DNA from: Promethearchaeota archaeon
Lineage (GTDB): Archaea; Asgardarchaeota; Thorarchaeia; Thorarchaeales; Thorarchaeaceae
DNA: 64,000 nt
Direction: 5' to 3'
Assembly (NCBI GenBank): GCA_014728035.1
Contig: WJMJ01000022.1
Span: 83,608 to 147,607, forward strand
The notes below the pieces were generated by a model, which saw only the letters and a program-made list of their open reading frames with translations, was not told the DNA's origin and searched no databases. Below are positions 36,626 through 46,349 of the stretch, in pieces. The first letter of the stretch is position 1, and the number at the start of each line of letters is the position of its first letter. Position numbers and translations under genes: made by a program.

Positions 36626-37828
36626 TTAAGCTATTATCGCTTCTCTCTCAAAGAGCTTTGCACCTATTATGAGGAATGCGATGGTAAATGCTAATAGATA
36701 TGCCACATTTCCAATCAGCATTGCAGGTGTTGCTACACCTGATAGAACTCCGTTTAGGAACATGATTGCATGAGAGAATGGGATTAGCAAGATTGCAAAT
36801 CCAAATAGCCCTCCATATTGTAATATACTTCCAGTGAAACCAAGAATACCAATAACCATGGTGGGAACCAGTAGGATTAAGTTATTGATGGACTCGGCGG
36901 TGGCTTGGTCTTTTGCAAGACATGAAATTACCACTCCAATCCCTATTGCACATAGCAGCACTAAGAACTGACAGAAGAATATCAGTGGCAGGGTTGCAAC
37001 ATCAATCGTGTAGAGATTTATGTAATACTCCTCAGCAGATGGAGGTAGTCCCGCAGCTCTTAACACAATTGATAGATTGTAACTAAGGATGCCCACGATT
37101 GTGAATACCGAGTATATCATTGTCAGGAGAAGGCCTGCTACTAACTTTGAACCAAGAATTTTCAAACGGCTCATTGGTACGACAAGTAAAGCTTCCAAAG
37201 TGTGTCTTTCTCTTTCCCCGGCAAACGATTTGCTTACGTACGGAGCTGGTGCTAAGACGGAAGTTAGCATGACAAGAAAGATTGCCAATTGATGCCCATA
37301 AGTTGCCTCCGGACTAATGGTATACCAACTAATCTGTACATCTTTCACAATAATCTGCAGATTCTGTTTCACGAAGATATCGATTCGCTGAGCTGCCGCT
37401 GTAGCACGGAAATTCCCTGTGTTGACCCACATGACCATTGTGCTTACATTATCTGTCTGGTACTCCGCTGTGAAATTTTCCGGGATTAATACCCACACTG
37501 ATACTGTCTTGTTTTCTACCAGTGTTTCCCCGTATTCTCGATCGACCTCAATAAGCGGGTCTATCAACAGTTGTTCTTTACTTGCATTTATTGCATCAAA
37601 TAGGGCAGGCCCTAATGCTCCATCATCTTCGACAGTAATGTACACTGCTTCCGGTTCTTCTGTTGTCTGGGCGACTATAAACGATAAGAATGCTCCTTGA
37701 AAGAGCCACGCAAACATAGGACTGATGATGAAACCAAGTAGAAGCCAACGTGATCGAAGAACTGACTTGATCTCTTTTTTAAGCATCCAGTAGGTCTTGC
37801 TATCAAGTTTCAATTTTGGTATATTCAT
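36626..37828 (-). CDS. ABC-2 type exporter permease (NatB-like)
   Basis: KKEIKS, FAGERERHTLEALL..P......LGSK, multiple TM helices. Confidence 0.88.
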   Translation of the reverse strand: MNIPKLKLDSKTYWMLKKEIKSVLRSRWLLLGFIISPMFAWLFQGAFLSFIVAQTTEEPEAVYITVEDDGALGPALFDAINASKEQLLIDPLIEVDREYGETLVENKTVSVWVLIPENFTAEYQTDNVSTMVMWVNTGNFRATAAAQRIDIFVKQNLQIIVKDVQISWYTISPEATYGHQLAIFLVMLTSVLAPAPYVSKSFAGERERHTLEALLVVPMSRLKILGSKLVAGLLLTMIYSVFTIVGILSYNLSIVLRAAGLPPSAEEYYINLYTIDVATLPLIFFCQFLVLLCAIGIGVVISCLAKDQATAESINNLILLVPTMVIGILGFTGSILQYGGLFGFAILLIPFSHAIMFLNGVLSGVATPAMLIGNVAYLLAFTIAFLIIGAKLFEREAIIA

Positions 37829-37840
37829 TTTTCAACCTCC

Positions 37841-38614
37841 TTATGTTTCGTAGACCCCTTCTCCAGTGATTAATCCTGTAAACACTTCTTCAAGATTAGC
37901 TGCTTTGAATTTCTCTTCAAGCTCACTGGGTTCTCCAATTGCTACCAGTTCTCCATTATTCAGGATTCCTACTCTATCACATAGTTCCGAGACCTCATTC
38001 AGGTCATGAGTTGTAAGAATAATAGTGCGATTCTCTTCTTCGCTAAGTTTTTTCAATAGATTTCTAACAACCCGAGCACCAATAGTATCCACTCCAGTTG
38101 TTGGCTCATCCATGAATACGATCTCTGGCTGTATTATGAGGGCTCGTGCGACGAGTACCTTTCGTTTCATTCCTCCACTGAATCCCTTAACTTGATAGTC
38201 CTCTTTCTCTTTGAGTTTGACTATCTCAAGGAGTTCATCTGCACGTCTGTTCAACTCATCCTCTGGAATACCGTACAATCCGCCATAATAGATGAGATTC
38301 TCCCTTGCTGTGAGTCGTTCGTAGATGCCTGCTTCTTGAGGCAATAACGTGACACGTTCTCGTATATATTCGATATCTTCTTCCACATTTTTCCCGAGAA
38401 CCCATGCACTTCCTTTGGTCGGAGTGAGAAGGCCTACCAGCACACGGATGAGTGTAGTCTTTCCAGCACCATTTGGCCCAATTAATCCAAAGACCTCTCC
38501 CCGTTTAATCTCCAGGTCAACATCTTTCAGGGCAACAACTTCTCGTTTCTTACCCTCTTCAAAGATTTTTGAGAGGTTCTCTGTTTTGATTACTACCTCG
38601 TCTAACATCCACAC
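37841..38614 (-). CDS. ABC exporter ATP-binding protein
   Basis: GPNGAGKTT, FSGGMKRK, FMDEPT, TTH. Confidence 0.95.
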   Translation of the reverse strand: MWMLDEVVIKTENLSKIFEEGKKREVVALKDVDLEIKRGEVFGLIGPNGAGKTTLIRVLVGLLTPTKGSAWVLGKNVEEDIEYIRERVTLLPQEAGIYERLTARENLIYYGGLYGIPEDELNRRADELLEIVKLKEKEDYQVKGFSGGMKRKVLVARALIIQPEIVFMDEPTTGVDTIGARVVRNLLKKLSEEENRTIILTTHDLNEVSELCDRVGILNNGELVAIGEPSELEEKFKAANLEEVFTGLITGEGVYET

Positions 38615-38635
38615 TCACCTACAATCTTCCTGTAG

Positions 38636-39412
38636 TCAATCAATTTCTTTTATACTATCAACATATGGAAATTCAGGTTCTCCCTTCAATTCACGAAGGA
38701 ATTCGTATGCTTCATCAATCTGTCTGTCGTCTCCTTCAACGTGAAACGTCACAGACCCTTCAGCCCCATTTATTCCACCTGCAGATATGGGAACCGCATG
38801 CACATCAAACAACGCTTCAAAAGCCTCCATTTCAGTGAAGGGTACACCCTCTGAAACTGCTATTATTCCAATAGGTTCACCTAATGCGTAGTCCCATTGA
38901 TCCCGACCAAATGTTCCTACAAAATCTTCATATTCAGAAGGAATGCATTTCTCTAGACCTGCTGGCATAATAATCGGTATATTTCGTGCAGCAGCAGTTC
39001 CTAAGAACGACCCAACTGTTCCACCAGTTCCACTTGCAAGAAGAACGAGGGGTACCAAATTAGCATCAAGTGCATTGGCACTCTTGATGATTACATCATT
39101 TGGCCCCATCTCATCAAGGACATCTTTTACTTTGGTCTTCTCAAGGAGCTTACCTTTGTGAAATATTGCATCATACGCTCTTGTTTCGCTTTTAGTAACC
39201 CACAATCCATAGGGAATTGTGAGTCCTGCAATGTGTTTGGTCTTATCATACTCGCCAAGAATCTCTTCTACGAGATACGCACTGGTCGTTCCCAGTGTGA
39301 TGCACAAATATCCATGATTTAAAGCAGTCTGAACAATATCAGTTGCTAGGAGCCCTTTTGCAATGAATCGCTTACTTTCAGCGACAGTAAGCGTGACAAG
39401 CAGTTTCTTCAT
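38636..39412 (-). CDS. Conserved hypothetical protein
   Basis: 258-aa ORF co-oriented with purB and the ABC genes; LTVAESKRFIAKG, GTT, KSANALD, GGT, GLEK, AGG..GAEG look like conserved motifs. Confidence 0.7.
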   Translation of the reverse strand: MKKLLVTLTVAESKRFIAKGLLATDIVQTALNHGYLCITLGTTSAYLVEEILGEYDKTKHIAGLTIPYGLWVTKSETRAYDAIFHKGKLLEKTKVKDVLDEMGPNDVIIKSANALDANLVPLVLLASGTGGTVGSFLGTAAARNIPIIMPAGLEKCIPSEYEDFVGTFGRDQWDYALGEPIGIIAVSEGVPFTEMEAFEALFDVHAVPISAGGINGAEGSVTFHVEGDDRQIDEAYEFLRELKGEPEFPYVDSIKEID

Positions 39413-39449
39413 CCTATTCTCTCCTTAGTGGCAATATACATTTGGCATT

Positions 39450-40835
39450 TTACTTTGTTGAACTAGCTAAATCATCACGGTAAGCTTGGATCGTCTTCCT
39501 CACAAGACCCCATGAGATTGTTCTTATTGTCGAGAAATATTTTTCCAAGTCAAGGTCACTGTCTTTCAGCAATTTTGACAACTCCTTATCCTTTTTGACC
39601 ATCTCTAGTAGCCCTTTGTCTTTCTTACCTTCTTCACCAAGTAATTCCCGAATTCTCTCATGTGCTTTTGGCCGTTCTAAACCTGCTTTGGTTAATTCGG
39701 TGATAACATATTCTGACAGAATCTGATCGTTTGATAAACTGAGATTCTCGCCTATTGCTTCCTCGTCTATCTCCAGTCCTTCGATCACTCTTTTCATTTC
39801 TCGTACTATATAATCCACAAGTATGAATGCCTGAGGAAAAACAAATCGTTCTGTCGAAGAATGAGATATATCTCGTTCCTCCCAACTGATAACGTTCTCC
39901 AATGCGGGTGATACCAAACTCCTTACTATTCGGGATATCCCACTAATCTTCTCACATGTGACTGGATTACGCTTGTGAGGCATGGCCGAAGAACCAACCT
40001 GCTCTCCTTTTGCAAACGGTTCAAAGGTTTCCGCAATCTCAGTTCGCTGTAAATTTCGTAGGTCTGTTGCTATCTTATCCAATGAAGATGCTAGATTTGC
40101 TAATGCACATACTACTTCTGCATGCCTGTCTCTCTGAGTGATTTGGGTTGTCACAATGGGATAATGAAGTCCTAACTTGTGAAGTACTTTTTCTTGCATC
40201 AAGATTCCTTTTGGTCCCAGAGCTGCATGACTGCCTGTTGCACCAGCTAATTTTCCTATTATCACTCTCTCACGGGCAGCTAATAGACGCTGTCGATGAC
40301 GACGTATTTCATCTAGCCAAACCGCGAATCTAAGACCATATGTGATTGGCACTGCATGTTGACCGTGAGACCTACCTACTGCTACTAGGTCCTTTGTCGC
40401 TACAGCTTGATTGACTAAAACCATACATAATTCTTCAATTTTTGGCATGAGCACATCAAAAGCATCTTTGAATTGTAACGCCAGAGCAGTATCTTTGATA
40501 TCGTTACTTGTCAGTCCAAAATGAACCCATCTGGCTCCTGGGCCTTGACACTTCTCTGCAATTGCTTCGAAAAGTGCTGCAATATCATGTCTAGTTCTAG
40601 ACTCAATCTCCATTGTGCGTTCAAGGGTCACAGTTTCTGGAATTGCAGCAATGACAATGTCTCCTGCTGCATCTGCAGGAATCAATCCTATCTCCGATTG
40701 CACCTCTGCAACTGTTGCTTCTATCTTCAACCAGAGCTTGTGTCTGTGTTCTTCTTCAAAGATCTTAATCATCTCTGGATGACCATATCTTCCATAATCA
40801 ATAGGACATACTGGCATTTGCTCTGTTCTCCACAT
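39450..40835 (-). CDS. purB: Adenylosuccinate lyase
   Basis: TRHD, VHFGLTSND, GRSHGQHA.P, GATG, GSSAMPHKRNP, ERDISHSSTER; probable start MPVCP at 40817. Confidence 0.95.
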   Translation of the reverse strand: MWRTEQMPVCPIDYGRYGHPEMIKIFEEEHRHKLWLKIEATVAEVQSEIGLIPADAAGDIVIAAIPETVTLERTMEIESRTRHDIAALFEAIAEKCQGPGARWVHFGLTSNDIKDTALALQFKDAFDVLMPKIEELCMVLVNQAVATKDLVAVGRSHGQHAVPITYGLRFAVWLDEIRRHRQRLLAARERVIIGKLAGATGSHAALGPKGILMQEKVLHKLGLHYPIVTTQITQRDRHAEVVCALANLASSLDKIATDLRNLQRTEIAETFEPFAKGEQVGSSAMPHKRNPVTCEKISGISRIVRSLVSPALENVISWEERDISHSSTERFVFPQAFILVDYIVREMKRVIEGLEIDEEAIGENLSLSNDQILSEYVITELTKAGLERPKAHERIRELLGEEGKKDKGLLEMVKKDKELSKLLKDSDLDLEKYFSTIRTISWGLVRKTIQAYRDDLASSTK

Positions 40836-40870
40836 TTTTCCCCGATATACTCCCTGATATGGTTTGCTCC

Positions 40871-42133
40871 TTATCGGTTTGGTTCAGTAAGAACATCCGA
40901 TTCTTTCTTTGGTACGCACTCTCTTCTTTTCCCATACAGGTGCATCTTTAGAAATGCAATCATAGCTATTATGATTACAACTACATACGCAAAGATTGTA
41001 GCATAAGCCCCAAAGATTCTCCATTCTTCTCCATATCCGTAGGTGTATCCTTCCCATTCTGATAACAGGAAACCAAACAAGAAAAGAGATACCACCGACA
41101 CAGTACCAATTGAAAACTGCATTATCCAGTTTTTGAAACGTTTCTGAAGGATGGATATTAATTCAAATGAAATGAATGGAACTATCCAAATGAAATACAT
41201 GTAACTATTCGTTATGTTTCCAATGTATATTGCTAATAGAACTAATATGTATACAAAATTAATCGAACGTTTCATTTTTGGTTGGAATATCTGTATGTAT
41301 AGTATAATTGTGACGAATATCAGTATCATCATCAGCATAGATATTATTCTAAGAATCTCTTCTGATGCTCCACTAACTAACATGTAATAGATATTGAATG
41401 GATGGGCACTTGGAATTTCAATACCCACGAAAGCACTGTAGTGTAGCAATCTAGTGAGTGTGTCAATCCCCCATAGACTGTATCCAATCAGCATAATCGA
41501 CCCAAATACCGATATTTGAATAAGAAATAGTTTGGCTTTCTCTCTCATAGCTATATCTGTATCAACTAGAATTAAAAATGCCACAACTAGCAAAGGAATG
41601 AATTTGAATCCCCCCATAATTGCTCCAATGATGGAAGCGTGCGTCCTATTCTCTCTATATAGATAAAACACAGCCATCAGTCCTATCATGATAAGTGGAT
41701 CATCGTCCATATAATCAAAACAAGAATACAATGTAAGAGGATTCAGTGAGATAATTACTGTTGCAATTATCGAATAAAATTCTGATAGATATTTTTTTGC
41801 AGTTATGTAACAGATGTATGGAACTGATAGATATATGATTACAAATGATATAGCTATGGTATATGCCTCTGCATGAACACTGAGCAATGCAGCAAATAGA
41901 AGCAGCATCAATGGTGGGTGCGTTATGAAGGGGCTAATGTAGGGGCTTTCTCCTTCAAGAATTCGCATTCCTGCTACGAAGAAGTGATAGGTAATATCTC
42001 CGCCAACTACACCATTATCCACAATGAAAAGGATATAGAAACGTTCGAAGATTGATTTGGTAATAATGACATACACTGCTAGAAAAACAACGAGTCTGTA
42101 TTTGATTACTATCTCTCTTATATTCGTCCGCAA
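40871..42133 (-). CDS. Multi-pass GT-C-like membrane glycosyltransferase (GT87/DUF2029/PIG-M-like)
   Basis: Loop GD..Y......ILEGESPY....THPPL, LNPL, DD, KFIP, YMYFIW; about 10-11 TM segments. Confidence 0.65.
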   Translation of the reverse strand: MRTNIREIVIKYRLVVFLAVYVIITKSIFERFYILFIVDNGVVGGDITYHFFVAGMRILEGESPYISPFITHPPLMLLLFAALLSVHAEAYTIAISFVIIYLSVPYICYITAKKYLSEFYSIIATVIISLNPLTLYSCFDYMDDDPLIMIGLMAVFYLYRENRTHASIIGAIMGGFKFIPLLVVAFLILVDTDIAMREKAKLFLIQISVFGSIMLIGYSLWGIDTLTRLLHYSAFVGIEIPSAHPFNIYYMLVSGASEEILRIISMLMMILIFVTIILYIQIFQPKMKRSINFVYILVLLAIYIGNITNSYMYFIWIVPFISFELISILQKRFKNWIMQFSIGTVSVVSLFLFGFLLSEWEGYTYGYGEEWRIFGAYATIFAYVVVIIIAMIAFLKMHLYGKRRECVPKKESDVLTEPNR

Positions 42134-42242
42134 CTCCCTTCACCGTCTTACTAGTCTCGTACTGTGGTCTTCTCTCTGAAATCTTCATATTTTGATATAT
42201 CTTTTCCGAGAAATCTATAATGTAGTATTGCTAAATTGATGC

Positions 42243-43223
42243 TTGGTCAAGATTAGTATGATTCACTCTTATTCCGATTCAAAGATAGTTGAAAACATCC
42301 TGCAACTAACGGGATTGATTCAGGAAGCATTGAATTCGCTTACAAGGGCTACAATGAATATCAGTCTTGTACATTCACTATTATATAATGCAGGATCATA
42401 CGAATCAGCAATCGCTCAATCAGCTTGTGGTTATCTTTCATGTGGATATAGCGGATATACTTTTCCAACACAGTTTATACCTAATAGACAAGAAGTGTTA
42501 ATGGAACTCAAATCAGCCGCAAAACTATGTGATATCTTGTTTTATTCATATTCCGATAAGTCAAAATTAGGGAATGGACGGTCTCTTTGTCTGGAGGCTG
42601 CAGAAACTATTCAATCCCCACTCTTATCTCTTGGTGATGAGATTTTTGCATTTCAATCAGCACTCGGCTACATCTTACCAATATATCGTAGACTTGGGAA
42701 ACTTAAAGAGAAAAAGGTAGTCGTTTCCTGGGGTTATGATACTCGTTTTTCTCTTCCTGCAACTGCTCATGCCTTGGTGTACCTAAGTGCTGTTCTAGGT
42801 GCTGATGTAAGCATCATCGCACCAAAAGATTTCCCCCTCCTTCGTCGAGTACTTAAGAAATCAAAGAAGATTGCTGGCGAATCAGATGGGTCTGTTGAGA
42901 CCGTCGAACGTACCGAGAAAGAATATCATGATGCAGACGCAGTCTTTGCATTCAACTGGTGTAGCGTGAATGAATTCATTCGTCCTGAGAGAAATAAGGA
43001 TCTTGCGTTTCAGTATCGTGACTGGCAGATATCTAAAGATTGTTTAGACAATGCATTGTTTATGACTGAACAGCCTCAGAGATTGGATATGATTGCAGAG
43101 AGAGCTGTTATGGATAGCAGTGCAAATCTTACCTCCCATTGGTTAGAATCCAGAATTCTTGTATTGTTAGCATCAATGGATGCAATCTTTCGTCATAATT
43201 CAACAATTCGAGCTCTGGTCTGA
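42243..43223 (+). CDS. Ornithine/YgeW-type carbamoyltransferase homologue with degenerate catalytic motifs
   Basis: Overall OTC layout (KKVVVSWGY, LGADVSIIAPKDF, DADAVFAFNW, WQIS, VMDS) but no STRT, HPxQ or HCLP. Confidence 0.65.
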   Translation: MVKISMIHSYSDSKIVENILQLTGLIQEALNSLTRATMNISLVHSLLYNAGSYESAIAQSACGYLSCGYSGYTFPTQFIPNRQEVLMELKSAAKLCDILFYSYSDKSKLGNGRSLCLEAAETIQSPLLSLGDEIFAFQSALGYILPIYRRLGKLKEKKVVVSWGYDTRFSLPATAHALVYLSAVLGADVSIIAPKDFPLLRRVLKKSKKIAGESDGSVETVERTEKEYHDADAVFAFNWCSVNEFIRPERNKDLAFQYRDWQISKDCLDNALFMTEQPQRLDMIAERAVMDSSANLTSHWLESRILVLLASMDAIFRHNSTIRALV

Positions 43224-43265
43224 CCTTGACCGATTCCCATTATTTATCAGGACAGACGATAATTT

Positions 43266-44378
43266 ATGTATCCTATGTGGCGTTTCATGCGACCTGATGC
43301 AAAAAGTGTCTGGAAAGATAATGACGTGATAAGACGACTATCAAGATATCGAAAGATTATCGATGATAAGCGGTGGGCCAAATATCTCCTAGCAAAAGAC
43401 ATCATTGTATCTGAAAACCTAGAAGAATCAACGGAACAATTATGGGCAATCCATCAAGATTATTCGGATTTGTTCGATGAATATATGGAAAACGTTGATA
43501 CTGGGAGTGACCGGAAAAGTATTGATGATGATGTTACTGTTTCCTTTTTGGACCTGAAGATTGAGTTGGCAAATAGAATACTCATGAAATGTCATTTCTG
43601 CGAACGTAAATGTGGAGTAGATAGAACGAAAGACAACACCGGATGGTGTAAGCTAGATGATGTGTCAAGAGTGTCTTCTGCATTTTTGCACTCTGGTGAA
43701 GAAGCACCCTTGGTTCCAAGTGGTACCATCTTCTTCTCATCTTGTTGCTTTGGTTGTGTCTTCTGCCAGAATGATGATATATCCACCAATCCCCGATCCG
43801 GAAGCGCTGTGACACCTCCAGAATTGGCTGTTATTGCAGAACGTCTATTCTCAGATGGTGCAATCAATATCAACTATGTTGGTGGAGACCCCATACCAAA
43901 TACTCATACCATTTTGGCCTCGATGCGTTTTCAAGCATCAAATGTTACTCAGCTTTGGAACTCTAACCTATATTGCTCTATTGAAACAATGCGCTTGCTA
44001 TGCGATGTCTTTGATGTGTGGCTTCCTGATTTTAAGTATGGCAATAACGAATGCGGAATGCGTTTGTCTGGCGTAAAGGATTACTTCTCAATTGTATCAA
44101 GAAATCATCTAATGGCCTACAATTCTGGAGAGGTGATAATTCGACATCTAGTTATGCCTAACCATCTTGATTGTTGCACAATACCCATTCTCGAATGGAT
44201 TGCTGAAAATATGCCTCAATGCATGGTAAACATAATGGCACAATATCGTCCAGAACATCTCGTTTTGCAACAACCTGATAAGTATCCTGAAATTGGAAGG
44301 AGGGTGCTGAATAGTGAGATGCGACGCGCCCAAGCGAAAGCTGATGAACTTGGAATTTGTTGGAGGCCAGTAAGCTAG
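43266..44378 (+). CDS. Radical SAM protein, PflX-like
   Basis: CHFCERKCGVDR, H.GEE.PLVPSGTIFFSSCCFGCVFCQNDDIS, NINYVGGDP, WNSN.Y, LPDFKYG, IIRHLVMP. Confidence 0.9.
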   Translation: MYPMWRFMRPDAKSVWKDNDVIRRLSRYRKIIDDKRWAKYLLAKDIIVSENLEESTEQLWAIHQDYSDLFDEYMENVDTGSDRKSIDDDVTVSFLDLKIELANRILMKCHFCERKCGVDRTKDNTGWCKLDDVSRVSSAFLHSGEEAPLVPSGTIFFSSCCFGCVFCQNDDISTNPRSGSAVTPPELAVIAERLFSDGAININYVGGDPIPNTHTILASMRFQASNVTQLWNSNLYCSIETMRLLCDVFDVWLPDFKYGNNECGMRLSGVKDYFSIVSRNHLMAYNSGEVIIRHLVMPNHLDCCTIPILEWIAENMPQCMVNIMAQYRPEHLVLQQPDKYPEIGRRVLNSEMRRAQAKADELGICWRPVS

Positions 44379-44385
44379 GTCTTTT

Positions 44386-44964
44386 CTAGAAAGCACTATC
44401 TTCAATCAGTGCATTATCTATTACGATACACTCATCACAGACTTCCAGCAACTCATCCAATGTTCTTGTCATAGCTCTTCCCTGATTATCATAGCAATCG
44501 CGATAGAAGAGTTTAACCACAACTCCTGCTTGTTTGACCGATTCTATTACTGGAACAAAATCACTATCTCCCGTGACCAATATTGCTGTGCCAATCTGTC
44601 TGTCCCACGCCATTCTCATGAGATCAACAGTAAGAAGCACGTCTACTCTTTTCTGGTAGAATTCACCTGTAACGGCATTGTGTGCTGTCTTACCAAGTCT
44701 AACTTCAAATCGATGGAGTTTCGTGAGACTGCTTGCAAATCGCTCATGGTTCTCCTGTCTTCTTTCTTCCTCGTCTGTTGGCTCTTGACTCACATAAGGT
44801 GGACAATCATAGACATATGTTCTGAGCCTTTCTTTGTCTTCACAGAGATAGTCTGAAAACTTTTCAAAATCAATTCGTGGTTCATCAAAACAATATTTCA
44901 AAACCTTTCCAAAATAACCAATGTCGATAAATACTGCTGCCCTTTGCAAATTTGGTTCCTCCAA
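44386..44964 (-). CDS. NYN-domain (PIN-like, LabA/DUF88) protein
   Basis: VFIDIGY, QKRVDVLLTVD, ILVTGDSDFVP...VKQAG. Confidence 0.9.
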   Translation of the reverse strand: MEEPNLQRAAVFIDIGYFGKVLKYCFDEPRIDFEKFSDYLCEDKERLRTYVYDCPPYVSQEPTDEEERRQENHERFASSLTKLHRFEVRLGKTAHNAVTGEFYQKRVDVLLTVDLMRMAWDRQIGTAILVTGDSDFVPVIESVKQAGVVVKLFYRDCYDNQGRAMTRTLDELLEVCDECIVIDNALIEDSAF

Positions 44965-45106
44965 AGAAGAATTACCACAATTCTCTCTAGCTTTTTACTA
45001 CTATATTGTAATAAATAACCCTTGAAAACTGTTCTGTTTAGCTCAATATCACGTCCATGTCACAAGATTATAATGGATTTTCGTATATCCTCTAGTGTGA
45101 ATCAAA

Positions 45107-45343
45107 ATGTGTCTGGCAGTACCTGCACTTGTTCTCAGTATCGATGGTGACTTTGCTGAAGTTGATTTTGGTGGTGTGAAAAAGAAGGTCTGTGTATCAT
45201 TACTTCCAGAGCTTGAGGTTGGTGAGTATGTGATTATTCATACTGGATATGCAATTGAAAGTATGAAACCTGAAGAGGCTAAAAAGACTCTTGCTCTCTT
45301 TGATGAGATGGCACAACTAGCTCAAGACATGGGCGAGTCATGA
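45107..45343 (+). CDS. hypC: Hydrogenase maturation chaperone HypC
   Basis: MCLAVP, VDFGGV, GEYVIIHTGYAI. Confidence 0.95.
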   Translation: MCLAVPALVLSIDGDFAEVDFGGVKKKVCVSLLPELEVGEYVIIHTGYAIESMKPEEAKKTLALFDEMAQLAQDMGES

Positions 45344-45390
45344 ATAGGCAATCTTTTTGTGGATTGGCTAACTTTTCTTTTTTGAGGCAA

Positions 45391-46248
45391 ATGACTGACA
45401 CATTAGAATCTATAATGGCCGAGATACAGTCCCGAATCAATACTGAAGATACAGAAACTGTTGTATCTTCTGATGAAGTTCGGCAACTCATCGATAATAC
45501 TCAAGTAGTTATGCCTGCTGGAGGAAAAGGGACTCGTATTAGAGCTGAAACCCAGAGCGAAGGAATCAACAAAGTAATGATTGAAATCTCTGGAGAAAGT
45601 ATGATCGAAAAAGCCATTCGTGATTATAGTGAAATGGGCATTCAGAAATTTGCTATCCTAACTGGTTTTCTTGCTGAAGAAGTAGAAAAACATCTTGGAG
45701 ATGGCTCAAGATGGGGTGTTGAAATCAAATACTCACAGGACCCAGATGGTAAGAAAGTGGGAAATGCAGGTGCTATTCTTCACGCTCTAAATAATGGTAC
45801 TATAGACGACACGATGACTTCCATTGTTCACAATCCCGATGATGTTGTAGTCGGTCTTAATCGTCCCTACGGTGAGGTTTTTCTTGAAGGACACGCAAAA
45901 GGTCTCAAAAATGGATGTATTGCAACTTTTATCGTTGTTCCTTCATCTTATTTTCAATACTCGGGAATGATAATTGAGAAGGGCATTGTAAAAGATGTCA
46001 CCAAATATCCCCCTATTGCTATACCTGCCCACACAGGAATCACTATCTTTGATCCTGAGGTATATGATTATTTTAGGCGAATAGTTTCACTCGAAGTCGA
46101 ATCCAGCTTTGAGAATGTTATCTGTCCTGTTATAACATCCGAAAATAGGATGTTTGCAATCAATATTCCTTCTGGCTGTTGGATTCCAGTAAACAATCTG
46201 AAAGGGCTTGAAGCTGCTCGTGAAGCATTATCAAAAATTGATGCCTAA
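45391..46248 (+). CDS. Sugar-phosphate nucleotidyltransferase (NTP_transferase family)
   Basis: MPAGGKGTR, K.M, HLGDGSRWGVEIKYS, GNAGAI, NPDD, TGI; start MTDT at 45391. Confidence 0.85.
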   Translation: MTDTLESIMAEIQSRINTEDTETVVSSDEVRQLIDNTQVVMPAGGKGTRIRAETQSEGINKVMIEISGESMIEKAIRDYSEMGIQKFAILTGFLAEEVEKHLGDGSRWGVEIKYSQDPDGKKVGNAGAILHALNNGTIDDTMTSIVHNPDDVVVGLNRPYGEVFLEGHAKGLKNGCIATFIVVPSSYFQYSGMIIEKGIVKDVTKYPPIAIPAHTGITIFDPEVYDYFRRIVSLEVESSFENVICPVITSENRMFAINIPSGCWIPVNNLKGLEAAREALSKIDA

Positions 46249-46349
46249 CCTCCATAGTTGTGTGTTGTACATTTATGGTCCATCCATCAGATTCTAATAC
46301 TTGTCATGGTCAAAAAATCAATTGTCAACTAGTGGGAGCCTGAGCATAT

